Source: Phycisphaerales bacterium
GTDB taxonomy: Bacteria > Planctomycetota > Phycisphaerae > Phycisphaerales > UBA1924
Length of the DNA stretch: 52,698 bases
Direction: 5' to 3'
Assembly: GCA_044375915.1 (NCBI GenBank)
Contig: JBILLU010000001.1
Location: 1-52,698, forward strand
Positions 42,509 to 51,718 of the stretch are shown here, piece after piece. Positions within the stretch are counted from its first letter, which is position 1; every line of letters begins with the position of its first letter. The notes below the pieces were generated by a model that searched no databases, had not been told where the DNA came from, and saw only the letters and a program-made list of their open reading frames with translations. The position numbers and the translations under genes were made by a program.

Positions 42509-43402
42509 ATGTCCACTCCCACCACCCCCACCACATCCAACGCGCCGAGCCAGAGTGCGGACGGCAGTTACCACGCCGCGAATCGCGCCGATCAGCTCGC
42601 CGCCAGCGTTGCGCATCCGACCGGTGCCCCAATCATCGAGCTTCGCGACATCCACAAGGCGTTCGGACCGCAGAAGGTGCTCGCGGGGCTGAATCTCGCG
42701 ATCGAACCGGGCAAGACGACCGTGGTCCTCGGGCCCTCGGGCTCGGGCAAGAGCGTCATGCTCAAGCACATCGTCGGGCTTTTGCGTCCCGACCGCGGTG
42801 AGGTGTACTTCGACGGCCAGCGCATCGATAACCGCCGCGAGCGCGACCTCACCGAAATGCGACTGCAAATCGGCTTGGTTTTCCAGATGAGCGCGCTCTT
42901 TGACTCGATGACCGTCGAGGAAAACATCGAGTTCCCGCTTCGGGAGCACACCAAACTCACCCGCGAAGAACGCCACGAACGCGTCCGTGAAGCCCTCGCC
43001 ACGGTCGACCTGCCCGGCATCGAGCACAAGCTCCCCGCTCAGCTCTCCGGCGGCCAGCGCAAGCGAGTCGCGCTGGCACGGGCCGTGGTCCTGCAACCCC
43101 GCGTCGTTCTTTACGACGAACCGACCACCGGCCTGGATCCCATCCGCTCCGACGGCATCAACGAGCTCATCTTGAAGCTCAAGAACACAATGGGTGTCAC
43201 CGGCATCGTCGTCACCCACGATCTGGTTTCCGCCCGAAAGGTCGCCGACCGCTGCGTCCTCCTGCTCAACGGAAAGGTTGCCGCGGACGGCACATACGAC
43301 GAGCTCGAGAACCATCCCGAGGCCCGCGTCCGCCAGTTCCTCATCGGCCGCTACGACCACGAGGACGAACAGGACGACGCCCCGACACGCAACGGCAAGT
43401 GA
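42509..43402 (+). CDS. ABC transporter ATP-binding protein, MlaF-like
   Basis: ATG 42509. GPSGSGKSV, LSGGQRKRVALARA and VLYDEPTTGLDP are present. It is followed by an MCE-domain gene, as in Mla-type systems. Confidence 0.85.
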   Translation: MSTPTTPTTSNAPSQSADGSYHAANRADQLAASVAHPTGAPIIELRDIHKAFGPQKVLAGLNLAIEPGKTTVVLGPSGSGKSVMLKHIVGLLRPDRGEVYFDGQRIDNRRERDLTEMRLQIGLVFQMSALFDSMTVEENIEFPLREHTKLTREERHERVREALATVDLPGIEHKLPAQLSGGQRKRVALARAVVLQPRVVLYDEPTTGLDPIRSDGINELILKLKNTMGVTGIVVTHDLVSARKVADRCVLLLNGKVAADGTYDELENHPEARVRQFLIGRYDHEDEQDDAPTRNGK

Positions 43403-43474
43403 ACCCGCGTTGCTGAACTCATACAGTCGCCCGTCAGAAGCACGCCCCCGAGCAGGACGCTCACAGGACCGAAG

Positions 43475-44527
43475 ATGAACCGCGCCGTTGTTCGTGATTT
43501 TCTGGTCGGACTCACCGCCATCCTCGGCGTCGCCGGGCTGGTCTTCATGCTCATGCTCTTCGGGGAACTCCGCAAAGGCCTCGAACGCGTCTACCCCGTC
43601 AAGATCTCCATGCCCGACGCCTCCGGCATCAGCGGCACCTCGCCCGTCCTCTTTAACGGCGTCCGCGTCGGAACCATCACCAAGCTCGAAGTCGCCGATC
43701 CCCCCACCGACGGCATGATCGCCACGCTCTCAGTGGACCGCGGCGTCAAGATCCCCCGCGACCTGGCTGTGTCCGTCGAAACCCGCTTCATCGGCGACTC
43801 CGCACTCGCCCTCGGCTTTGCCGACAACGCCGACCGCTCGCAGTACATCGGCGAAAGCGAATACGCCGCAGGCGGGAGCGCCAAGCCGATCCGCGTCGTT
43901 CCCCGCACGCTCTTTGGCGACCTCAAGAAGCCCATCGAACAGCTTTCCGCCACCGCGACCAAGTTCGAGAAGTTCGCCGACACCTACACCAAGCTCGGCG
44001 AAAGCCTCCAGGGCCTGCTCGGCAGCCCGAAGGCGACGTCGGACATGTCGATGAGCAATCCCTCCGGCGGCGGCAAGGAACCCGTCACGATCGCCGACCT
44101 GGTCGCCCGCGCCGACACCACGCTCGCCGCCATGCAGACGTGGCTGAACGACGAGCAGCTGCTGGCGAGCATCAAGGACTCCACCAACAAGCTCGGCACG
44201 CTGCTGGACGAGGCCAAGTCCGCCGCCAAGTCGATCGACGACGCCGCCAGGGGAATCGACACCAAGGCCGAACGCGCCGCTGTCGCCGTCGAGAACCTCA
44301 CCAAGGACGCCAAGGCCACGCTCGCCAAACTCGACACCGCGCTCGCCGACGCCGGCGAGATCGCCGCCAAGATCAACCGAGGCGACGGCACGGCGGGCCA
44401 ACTCGTCAACAACCCCGATCTCTACCGCTCGCTCAACGGCGCCGCCGAGCGGCTCGACAAGGCTCTCGCAGAACTTCAGCTCGTCCTGCAGAAGTTCAAG
44501 CAAGAGGGCATCAAGGTCGGGCTCTGA
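43475..44527 (+). CDS. MCE/MlaD-family protein
   Basis: N-terminal TM helix (VGLTAILGVAGLVFMLMLF), then an MCE-like beta domain (GISGTSPVLFNGVRVGTITKLEV), then a long helical C-terminus. Confidence 0.8.
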   Translation: MNRAVVRDFLVGLTAILGVAGLVFMLMLFGELRKGLERVYPVKISMPDASGISGTSPVLFNGVRVGTITKLEVADPPTDGMIATLSVDRGVKIPRDLAVSVETRFIGDSALALGFADNADRSQYIGESEYAAGGSAKPIRVVPRTLFGDLKKPIEQLSATATKFEKFADTYTKLGESLQGLLGSPKATSDMSMSNPSGGGKEPVTIADLVARADTTLAAMQTWLNDEQLLASIKDSTNKLGTLLDEAKSAAKSIDDAARGIDTKAERAAVAVENLTKDAKATLAKLDTALADAGEIAAKINRGDGTAGQLVNNPDLYRSLNGAAERLDKALAELQLVLQKFKQEGIKVGL

Positions 44528-44533
44528 GCGACC

Positions 44534-45913
44534 TCACTTCTTCGTTTCGTTCTTCAGCTCACCCATCTGGCGGTAGCGTTCCTTGTACTTGTCGTACAGC
44601 TTGGTTTGTTTGTTCGTGAGATCGATCCGCTTGCCGTCCACGAATGCGTCCACGATCTGTGTCGTGATTTCCAGAGGCGAGCCAGTCGTGACAATCACCG
44701 TCGCGTCCTTGCCCTTCTCCAGCGAGCCGAGGTGATCGGCCACGCCGAGGATCTCAGCCGCGGACAACGTGACCGAGCGAATCGCTTCGTCTTCGCTCAG
44801 GCCGTGCGCGATCGCCATGCCCGCGGCGTACGGGGTGTTCCGCTCGTGCGGCGTCTCCTCGCCGCTGCTGATGCTGAACCGCACACCCAGTTCCTTCAGC
44901 TTCGCAGGCAGCGCGAACGTCTGGTTGTAATCCGAATCGTCGCGCTTGGGGAACCGCACCGTGCCCTGCACGATCACCGGAACGTCGTGCTTCTTGAGAA
45001 GCTCCGAGCACAGCGGAGCGTCAAAGCCCCCGACGATCACGCAGCGCAGTTCCTGTTCAGCGGCCCACGCCACCGCGGCGTTGATCTGGTCCACGTCGTT
45101 GGCGGTGATGTAGACCGGCTTGCGGGTCTTCGGCTCGCCTTCGACGCACGCCCGCAGCGCTTCGTAGCGCAGATCCGTCGGCGTCGTGGGGTCGGTGTTC
45201 TTCGCCGCGACGTAGCTCTTGGCAGCGCGGAACATCGCGTCGATGGTGTCGATCTGCTGACGCGTCCGCTTGCGCTGCTCCGCCTCGGGCGTGCGGACGA
45301 AGAAGCTCTGCACCGGGCGCATCGAGGGCCACTCGATCACAGTGCCGATCGAGCGTGCAACCGCCATGTCCTCCCAGGTCCAGCCCTCAAGCTTGATCAC
45401 TGCCGGCTGCCCCGGCATCGTGCCGCCCTGCGGGAAGACGCCTGCCGCCAGTACGCCGTTGGAGCGCGTGACCGTCAGGTTGTTCGAGTCGGCGTTCACC
45501 GCGGCGATCGCCCGAACCTCGGGCGAGAAATCACCAGCCTCATTGAAATCGCGGCTCGCATCGAGCATGGCGATCTCGTCGAGCCCCAATTGCGTGTATG
45601 CCGCGATCAGACCCGGATAGACGTGCTTGCCCTTGCCATCGACAAACAGCGGCCCGGGCGCCGCCCACGACGCGACCTTCTCCATCTCCGCGAACTGCTG
45701 CTCGGTGTACACCCCTTCGATCTTGCCACCCGCCAGCATGATCACGCCGTTCTCGATCGGGGCCGCGCTCACCGGATGGATCGTCGCCCCACGGATCACC
45801 ACGGCACGGCTCTGGGCCGGAGCCTTCACCGTCAAGTCCTGCCCCCACGCCGTCGCGCACGCCGCAACCACGGCCGCCAAACCGATCACACGCCGCATCA
45901 CCGCTGCACTCAT
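44534..45913 (-). CDS. Amidohydrolase-fold protein with degenerate metal site, secreted
   Basis: ATG 45911-45913 (GGAG 7 nt upstream). Signal peptide. VIRGATIHPV..IENGVIMLAGGKIEGV..VDGKGKHVYPGLIAAYTQLG shows the amidohydrolase layout, but PGLIDxHxH has become PGLIAAYTQ. Confidence 0.8.
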   Translation of the reverse strand: MSAAVMRRVIGLAAVVAACATAWGQDLTVKAPAQSRAVVIRGATIHPVSAAPIENGVIMLAGGKIEGVYTEQQFAEMEKVASWAAPGPLFVDGKGKHVYPGLIAAYTQLGLDEIAMLDASRDFNEAGDFSPEVRAIAAVNADSNNLTVTRSNGVLAAGVFPQGGTMPGQPAVIKLEGWTWEDMAVARSIGTVIEWPSMRPVQSFFVRTPEAEQRKRTRQQIDTIDAMFRAAKSYVAAKNTDPTTPTDLRYEALRACVEGEPKTRKPVYITANDVDQINAAVAWAAEQELRCVIVGGFDAPLCSELLKKHDVPVIVQGTVRFPKRDDSDYNQTFALPAKLKELGVRFSISSGEETPHERNTPYAAGMAIAHGLSEDEAIRSVTLSAAEILGVADHLGSLEKGKDATVIVTTGSPLEITTQIVDAFVDGKRIDLTNKQTKLYDKYKERYRQMGELKNETKK

Positions 45914-46003
45914 GACAAACTCCAATCAGCCCACCACCAACCAACACATCCCTCAGTCCGAAGTCCTATTCCCTCAGCCTTCCTCACCCCTCACCCCTTC
46001 CCA

Positions 46004-49000
46004 CTACTCATGCAACACGCCGCACCCGCACACCCCGGGCATGTTCGGGTCCAGAGAGCCGCGTCGGTTCAGGCGATCGATGATCCATCGGTCACGAGCC
46101 CTGTCGGCCGCGTCCAATTGCAACGCATCGGCCTCGCTGGACTCCTTCGAGCCCTCATCCCCGCCGCCGCGGCTTGCCGGCTCCTTTTTCAGCTTCTGCA
46201 CGATTCGCTCACGGTGCGACTTGTTCTGGTCGCGCAGCGCCTTGTCCATGTCGATCGAGAACATCACGCGGCCGTCGATGTACGTCCGCTCCGCCCGCGA
46301 CGCCACCGACATCGGGCTCGTGGACCAGATCACTACGTCCGCGTCCTTGCCAACCTCGATACTCCCCGTCCGTGCCTCGATCCCGAGCTGGATCGCAGGG
46401 TTGATCGTCACGAACTTGAACGCCTCCGCCTCGCTCAGCCCGCCGTACTTCACGGCCTTGGCCGCTTCCAGATTCATGCGCCGGGCCAGGTCATCGCTGT
46501 CGCTGTTGTAACTGACGACCGCGCCGACCTCGTGCATCAGCGTGGGTCCCTGCGGTATCGCGTCCTGCACCTCAAGTTTGAAGTTCCACCAGTCGGAGAA
46601 CGCGCTCGCTCCCCGCGCCGAGTCGCGGACCTCGACCGCCGCCTTGTAGCCTTCAAGGATGTGCTGGAAGGTGCCGATCTGGAATCCGAATTCCTTGGCC
46701 ACCCGCGCCAGCATCACGATCTCGTCCTGCCGATAGCTGTGGCAGTGCACCAGCCGCGTGCCCTCGAGCACCTCGGCAATCGCTTCCAATTCCAGATCAC
46801 GCCGCGGCGGCAGCACCGGAGCGTCCTTCGTCCCCCGCGCTCCCGCGGCCCACGCCGCCCAAGCACGCCGATACTCCCGCGCCGCCGTCAGGCGATCGCG
46901 GATGATCGTCTCCACGCCCATGCGGGTCTGCGGATACCGACGTCTCGCCTCGGCCGCTCCCCAGTTCACCGCCCGCGGGTTCTCGCCCAGCGCCCACTTC
47001 ACGCCCGACGGGATCGCATCCCGCTTGCCCGCGCCTGGCGCGTACGGATTGGCGTCCGAGTACGTGTCGCGCCCCGCAAAGTGCAGGTCATCCGGCGCGA
47101 TCGCGCCCCAGCGATTCTTGTTCACCGCGTTCTGTCCGCCGATCGCGTTCGCGCTGCCGTGCAGGTTGTTCACGGTCGTCACGCCGCCCGCCAACTGGCG
47201 GTACCACGAAATTGAGTCCGGATCGGTCACGTCCTGGATCCGCACCTCGCTGGTGATCGCCTGACCGCCCTCGTTCACGCCGCGGCTGATGCCAGTGTGG
47301 CTATGACAATCGATGATCCCGGGCGTCACATGCTTCCCGGTCGCGTCGATGACCGTCGCGCCTTCCACCGCGGGTGCCGCACCCTCACCCACCGCCTGGA
47401 TCTTGCCGTCCTTCAAGACCACGTAGCCCTTGGGAATGATCCCCTTGGGGCCCGAAGTCCACACCGTCGCGTTTGCGATCACGACGGTCGCGGACGGCTT
47501 GGCGTACTCGGCCCGGTCTTCCCGTGCGTACGCGCCGAACGGATAGCCGAGCGCCTCGGGCAACTCGGCCAGCACCTCGGGGTCGCCGGCTCGCTTCTCG
47601 CCCTTCCACGCCCGCGTCGAACCATCGGGCAGAACCATCGTGCCCGACACGCTGTCGCCCGCGACGGTCGCTTCCACCTTCACCAGCGTCTTGCCGTTCT
47701 CGGCCGCCGGTCCCTTGTTCATCTTGTTCATGTCCGCGACATAGCGCACGGTCGCACCGTCGATCACAACATCGTCCGCGTCGAGCGCCGTGTTCCCCTG
47801 CCGCAGTGTCACCTTGCGGTCCTTCCGGATGCTGATCAAGGCCCCGTCGTTCGCCTTGTCGTCGATCTGGGTCAGCTTGTACACGCCGACCACCGACGCC
47901 TCTCGCGGCTTGGCCTCGGCCAGATCCGCACCGACCTTCCGCTCGGCCCGCCACTTCAGGACATCGCCGCCCGCAGTACGGGCCAGGCCGGTCATCGACG
48001 CGTTGTTCGGGGCCACAGTCGCCGTCGAGGTGTAGATCCCCTCACCACCAAACGGCGCGTGATCGAATGAGAACTGGACACGCCGAGAATCAAACGCCAC
48101 CCCCTTGGCCTTCACCGTCGCGACCTTGGGCTTGCCCTTCTGGACCTTGGCCTCGATGAACGACTTCTTGATCGAGAGTTCGCCACTCTCGGTGAAGATC
48201 ATCTCGATCGTGCCGTCGTTGATCCGCGCCGGCGGCTCGAGCGTCAAGTCCCACGTGCCCGCCAACACACCCGCGTTCACCGGCGCAACCTCGTAGCGCA
48301 CGCCGTCGATGTACACCTCGCGAATCTCGGCCTTGGGCTTCTTCGCGTCCTTCTTCTCGCCGCGTTCCTCGCCGGGCTTGCCCGCATCCTTGTCCGCGTC
48401 CTTCCCGGCGTCCTTCCCGACGGTCTTCTCGTCCGGCTTGGCGTCATCCTTCTCGCTCTTCTTCTCCGCCGCCGCTTCGTCTGCCTTCGCCTCGCCCTTC
48501 TTCTTCTCCGCGGGCTTCAGGTCGCCCAAATCGAGCGCGAACAGATCACCCGACGCCACGACAAAGCTCGCGACCTTGCCCACCTCGAGCGTGCCCAGGT
48601 CCTTCTCCACGCCCAAGATCGCCGCGGGCTCGGTGGTCAGCATCGCGAACGCGTCCTGCCCGCTCAGCCCGTAGCGCATCGCTTTCTCGAGATTGCCGCG
48701 GAACTCGCCCTTGCGCCGCAGGTCCGCGCTCGTCACCGCGACCTTGACGCCCTTCTCCTTCAGTCGACGGAGATTGCTCGGCGCCTGCTCCCACGTCATC
48801 AACTCGCGCAGCCCCGCCGCCTCGGCCGCACCGAACGTCGCCACGTCCGGTGTCCGCGGGAACGCCAGCGGCACCACCACCGGCGTCGTCGTCCCCGCCG
48901 CCTCGACGATCGCGTCCAGCCGGCGGAACTCCAGCCCGCTCCCCTTCACAATCAGCTTCCGTCCAAACTCCTTGGCGACCTTCGCCGCCCGCAGCGCCTC

Positions 49001-49909
49001 AAGCTCATCACTCGTCGCGACATAGAGCGGCATGTCCTTCGCGATCAGCGCATCGAGCACGCTCGACGGCACGTCGAACCCGTCCTTCCGCGCCTGCCCC
49101 GTCCAATCCGCATCGCTCAGCGTCTGGCGGATCATCGCGATCGCGCCCATCTCCGACGACGGGTACGAAGGCCACCGCTCCGGATCGCTCATGTCCACCG
49201 CCGCACGCCGCCCGCCCGACAACTCGAACGCCAGCGCGTGAAACACATCCTCCCGATACACCGGCGGCCGTTCGCTGCCCACGCCCTCGGGCTTGCGGCC
49301 CAGACTCACCACCGCGCCGCGACCGCGGAACACCCCGCCCTGCCTCGAAGGCTGGGGCCCGACATCTTCGTCATCCCCAGCGCCCGAGCGACCCGCCTCG
49401 GCGTTCACTGGCACCAACGCCGCCGCGACAAACCCCTGCGAACGCAGCGCGTCAGCGTCTCTCTCGCCCAGCCCGTTCCCCTCCAGCACGCTCCGCTGCG
49501 GCAGCACCTTGCTGCTCCAGTGCGCACCCGGCGCCGTCACGTCCGGCAACGGCGTCGCTGCCTCGACGAACGCATCGATGAACCCCGGGTAGATGTGCAG
49601 CCCGGTGCAATCTCGAACCGTGGGCCCGATCGGCGTCGGTGCAGGCTTGCCGCCCTCGCCAATCAAGAGCGCCGCGATCCGCCCGTCGCGCACCACCAGC
49701 GTCGCGTTCGACACCGCCTTGCCGGGCGCGACGTGCACCGTCGCGTTGATGAACGCTTGCCAGCCCAGGTCCGTCCGCCGCACGCCGTTGGTCGGCGCGG
49801 CCGTCGTCGCCCGACCGCTCGGGGCGATCTGGGCGCTGCTCAGGCTGGAAAGAACCGAGGCTCCGACACACGCCGCGAACGCGGCGACGACCGACACGAG
49901 GTGACGCAT
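46004..49909 (-). CDS. Large secreted two-module amidohydrolase-family protein
   Basis: ATG 49907-49909 (MRHLVSVVAAFAACVGASVLS.. signal). The N-terminal module is degenerate (YPGFIDAFVEA). Then a K/E/D-rich linker and a beta-rich middle. The C-terminal module keeps an intact site (HVTPGIIDCHSHTG). Confidence 0.8.
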   Translation of the reverse strand: MRHLVSVVAAFAACVGASVLSSLSSAQIAPSGRATTAAPTNGVRRTDLGWQAFINATVHVAPGKAVSNATLVVRDGRIAALLIGEGGKPAPTPIGPTVRDCTGLHIYPGFIDAFVEAATPLPDVTAPGAHWSSKVLPQRSVLEGNGLGERDADALRSQGFVAAALVPVNAEAGRSGAGDDEDVGPQPSRQGGVFRGRGAVVSLGRKPEGVGSERPPVYREDVFHALAFELSGGRRAAVDMSDPERWPSYPSSEMGAIAMIRQTLSDADWTGQARKDGFDVPSSVLDALIAKDMPLYVATSDELEALRAAKVAKEFGRKLIVKGSGLEFRRLDAIVEAAGTTTPVVVPLAFPRTPDVATFGAAEAAGLRELMTWEQAPSNLRRLKEKGVKVAVTSADLRRKGEFRGNLEKAMRYGLSGQDAFAMLTTEPAAILGVEKDLGTLEVGKVASFVVASGDLFALDLGDLKPAEKKKGEAKADEAAAEKKSEKDDAKPDEKTVGKDAGKDADKDAGKPGEERGEKKDAKKPKAEIREVYIDGVRYEVAPVNAGVLAGTWDLTLEPPARINDGTIEMIFTESGELSIKKSFIEAKVQKGKPKVATVKAKGVAFDSRRVQFSFDHAPFGGEGIYTSTATVAPNNASMTGLARTAGGDVLKWRAERKVGADLAEAKPREASVVGVYKLTQIDDKANDGALISIRKDRKVTLRQGNTALDADDVVIDGATVRYVADMNKMNKGPAAENGKTLVKVEATVAGDSVSGTMVLPDGSTRAWKGEKRAGDPEVLAELPEALGYPFGAYAREDRAEYAKPSATVVIANATVWTSGPKGIIPKGYVVLKDGKIQAVGEGAAPAVEGATVIDATGKHVTPGIIDCHSHTGISRGVNEGGQAITSEVRIQDVTDPDSISWYRQLAGGVTTVNNLHGSANAIGGQNAVNKNRWGAIAPDDLHFAGRDTYSDANPYAPGAGKRDAIPSGVKWALGENPRAVNWGAAEARRRYPQTRMGVETIIRDRLTAAREYRRAWAAWAAGARGTKDAPVLPPRRDLELEAIAEVLEGTRLVHCHSYRQDEIVMLARVAKEFGFQIGTFQHILEGYKAAVEVRDSARGASAFSDWWNFKLEVQDAIPQGPTLMHEVGAVVSYNSDSDDLARRMNLEAAKAVKYGGLSEAEAFKFVTINPAIQLGIEARTGSIEVGKDADVVIWSTSPMSVASRAERTYIDGRVMFSIDMDKALRDQNKSHRERIVQKLKKEPASRGGGDEGSKESSEADALQLDAADRARDRWIIDRLNRRGSLDPNMPGVCGCGVLHE

Positions 49910-49999
49910 GGTCGGGAGTGTACCGAGTCCGACGCCCGCCGATGCAACCACTGCTTCGGTCGCGGGACTTCGGGTCCCCCACGTGCTTTCCCGTGTCAC

Positions 50000-50749
50000 C
50001 TACCCGCGTCGAGACCGCCGAATCACCACCACCACCCCCATGACCGCCAACCCCATGACGCCCGGCGAGGGCACCAAAGCAGGGGGCGAAGCGAGATCGG
50101 CCTGAAACAGCCGGATCGCGCCACGCATGTTGTCACCGCTCGCGGTGCCGCCCTGAAAATCGAACTTGATCGTGCCGCGAGCGCTCAGGGTGGTCACGTT
50201 CTGGGCAAGATACACCCGCCCCGAGGTCGCGAAGGTCCCGTTGCTCGCAAGCACCGAGTTCAAGCCCGCCACGCTCGCAAACCCGCCGCCGTTGGCCGCG
50301 AGTTCGAGCCCCTCCACCGCCGTCATGAAGCTGCCCGCCTTGCTGCGAGCCTCAAACTGCAACGCCGCCAGCCCTTTCCCGCTCGACAAGGCGAGCGTCG
50401 TCGTCACCGTGCGGTTGTTGATCAGCCACGTCGCAAGGCCGGTCGCGACGTTGTAATCAAACTGGAACTGATACGACTGCCCGCTCACCCAGTCCGACGC
50501 GTAGTTGCCGCTGGTTGCGACCGGCGCCGAGCCCGAAGTTCCCCAGATCGCAGTCTTCCAACTGCCCGCGCCGACGTTGTCCAGCCGCGCCCGGGCCTCC
50601 AGCAGCGTTGTATACGTCGTAGACGAGTACCGCCGCGGGTCCGACATCGTGAACGACGCCGACGCCGCCGACGCCAGAACACATGCACCAGCCGCTGCCA
50701 GAACCACTCGAAGCACACGCACCTCCCGCGGCAATCGCCGCGGTGTCAA
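50000..50749 (-). CDS. PEP-CTERM-type sorting-domain protein
   Basis: N-terminal signal peptide (VVLAAAGACVLASAASA). C-terminal ALVPSPGVMGLAVMGVVVVIRRSRRG gives a (V)PxP motif, TM helix and Arg cluster. Start is uncertain (TTG 50749, or GTG 50722/50716). Confidence 0.7.
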   Translation of the reverse strand: MTPRRLPREVRVLRVVLAAAGACVLASAASASFTMSDPRRYSSTTYTTLLEARARLDNVGAGSWKTAIWGTSGSAPVATSGNYASDWVSGQSYQFQFDYNVATGLATWLINNRTVTTTLALSSGKGLAALQFEARSKAGSFMTAVEGLELAANGGGFASVAGLNSVLASNGTFATSGRVYLAQNVTTLSARGTIKFDFQGGTASGDNMRGAIRLFQADLASPPALVPSPGVMGLAVMGVVVVIRRSRRG

Positions 50750-50954
50750 AAGTCCGTTTCACGCGGACCGCGGGCCACCACCCGCCTGTCCTCCCGCAAT
50801 CCGGAGGTTGGTGTGCATCATGTGTGCCGTCTGCACCGTTTATTCTGTCTCCGCCGAGCCACAACCCGGCACCCCCCTCCCGATACGTGGACAGCCGCCT
50901 CGCCTCTGCGACCTCAGCACCATATCCCGGCGCACACCGAGCCGATACCCCTTC

Positions 50955-51578
50955 ATGTTCATCGCGGCGAATACTCACTCTGACATGCCAGCCCCCGCTG
51001 AGAACGCCGCTTCGCCCAGCCCGCAGAGCAGTCCGCTCTCGCCCCAGCATCTGCATCAACTCTCCGACGCCAAACGTCGCGCGAGAAAAGTCCGCCGCGC
51101 CGCCTCCGTCGCAGCCCTCGGCGGCTGGTCCATGCTTGTCTTCGCCTGCATCTCGCTCGCGCTCGCCTTCTTCAGCGACTGGTCCGCCTGGGCCGTGGGA
51201 ATCGGGCTGCTGCTTGTCGCGCTCAACGAACTCCGCGGCAGCGCCATGCTCCGCCGCGCCGACCCCGCCGGCGCCAAGGTCCTCGGCTGGAACCAACTCG
51301 TCCTCGCAGCACTGCTCGTCGCCTATGCCACGTGGTCCCTGGCGACCTCGCTCCGTCAGCCGCCCGGCGCCGGCATGCAGAGCGGCGACCCACAGATCGA
51401 CGCCATGGCCGCCAACATCACCTCCGCCGTCACCTACGGCCTCTACGGCACCATGGCCATCCTCGGCCTGCTGCTCCCCGGGCTCACCTCCATCTACTAC
51501 TTCTCACGAGCCCGCATCATCCGCAGCTTCCTCGCCGAGACGCCCGCGTGGATCGTCGAGATCATGCGGCGGAGCTGA
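50955..51578 (+). CDS. Hypothetical membrane protein
   Basis: ATG 50955 or ATG 50985. Four hydrophobic helices (e.g. LGGWSMLVFACISLALAFF, AVGIGLLLVALNEL). I recognise no family. Confidence 0.5.
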   Translation: MFIAANTHSDMPAPAENAASPSPQSSPLSPQHLHQLSDAKRRARKVRRAASVAALGGWSMLVFACISLALAFFSDWSAWAVGIGLLLVALNELRGSAMLRRADPAGAKVLGWNQLVLAALLVAYATWSLATSLRQPPGAGMQSGDPQIDAMAANITSAVTYGLYGTMAILGLLLPGLTSIYYFSRARIIRSFLAETPAWIVEIMRRS

Positions 51579-51718
51579 TCGCGACGATCTGCTGTGGCGC
51601 AGGCGTCCCCCCACACACAACTCCCGAATCCACAACCCTCTTTAGCGCCGTCGCGACGCTCCGGCGTGCCAATGTCGATCTCCCTCCGTAACATCCGTCA
51701 CTACACGGAGGTTCTCTC

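Noticed and set aside
44606-47215. 869-aa ORF antisense to both amidohydrolase genes
   Set aside because: Arg/His/Pro-rich and crosses an intergenic spacer. The sense genes have signal peptides and amidohydrolase motifs.
49238-50983. 581-aa ORF antisense to the large amidohydrolase and the PEP-CTERM gene
   Set aside because: Arg-rich low-complexity translation. It overlaps two supported genes on the other strand.
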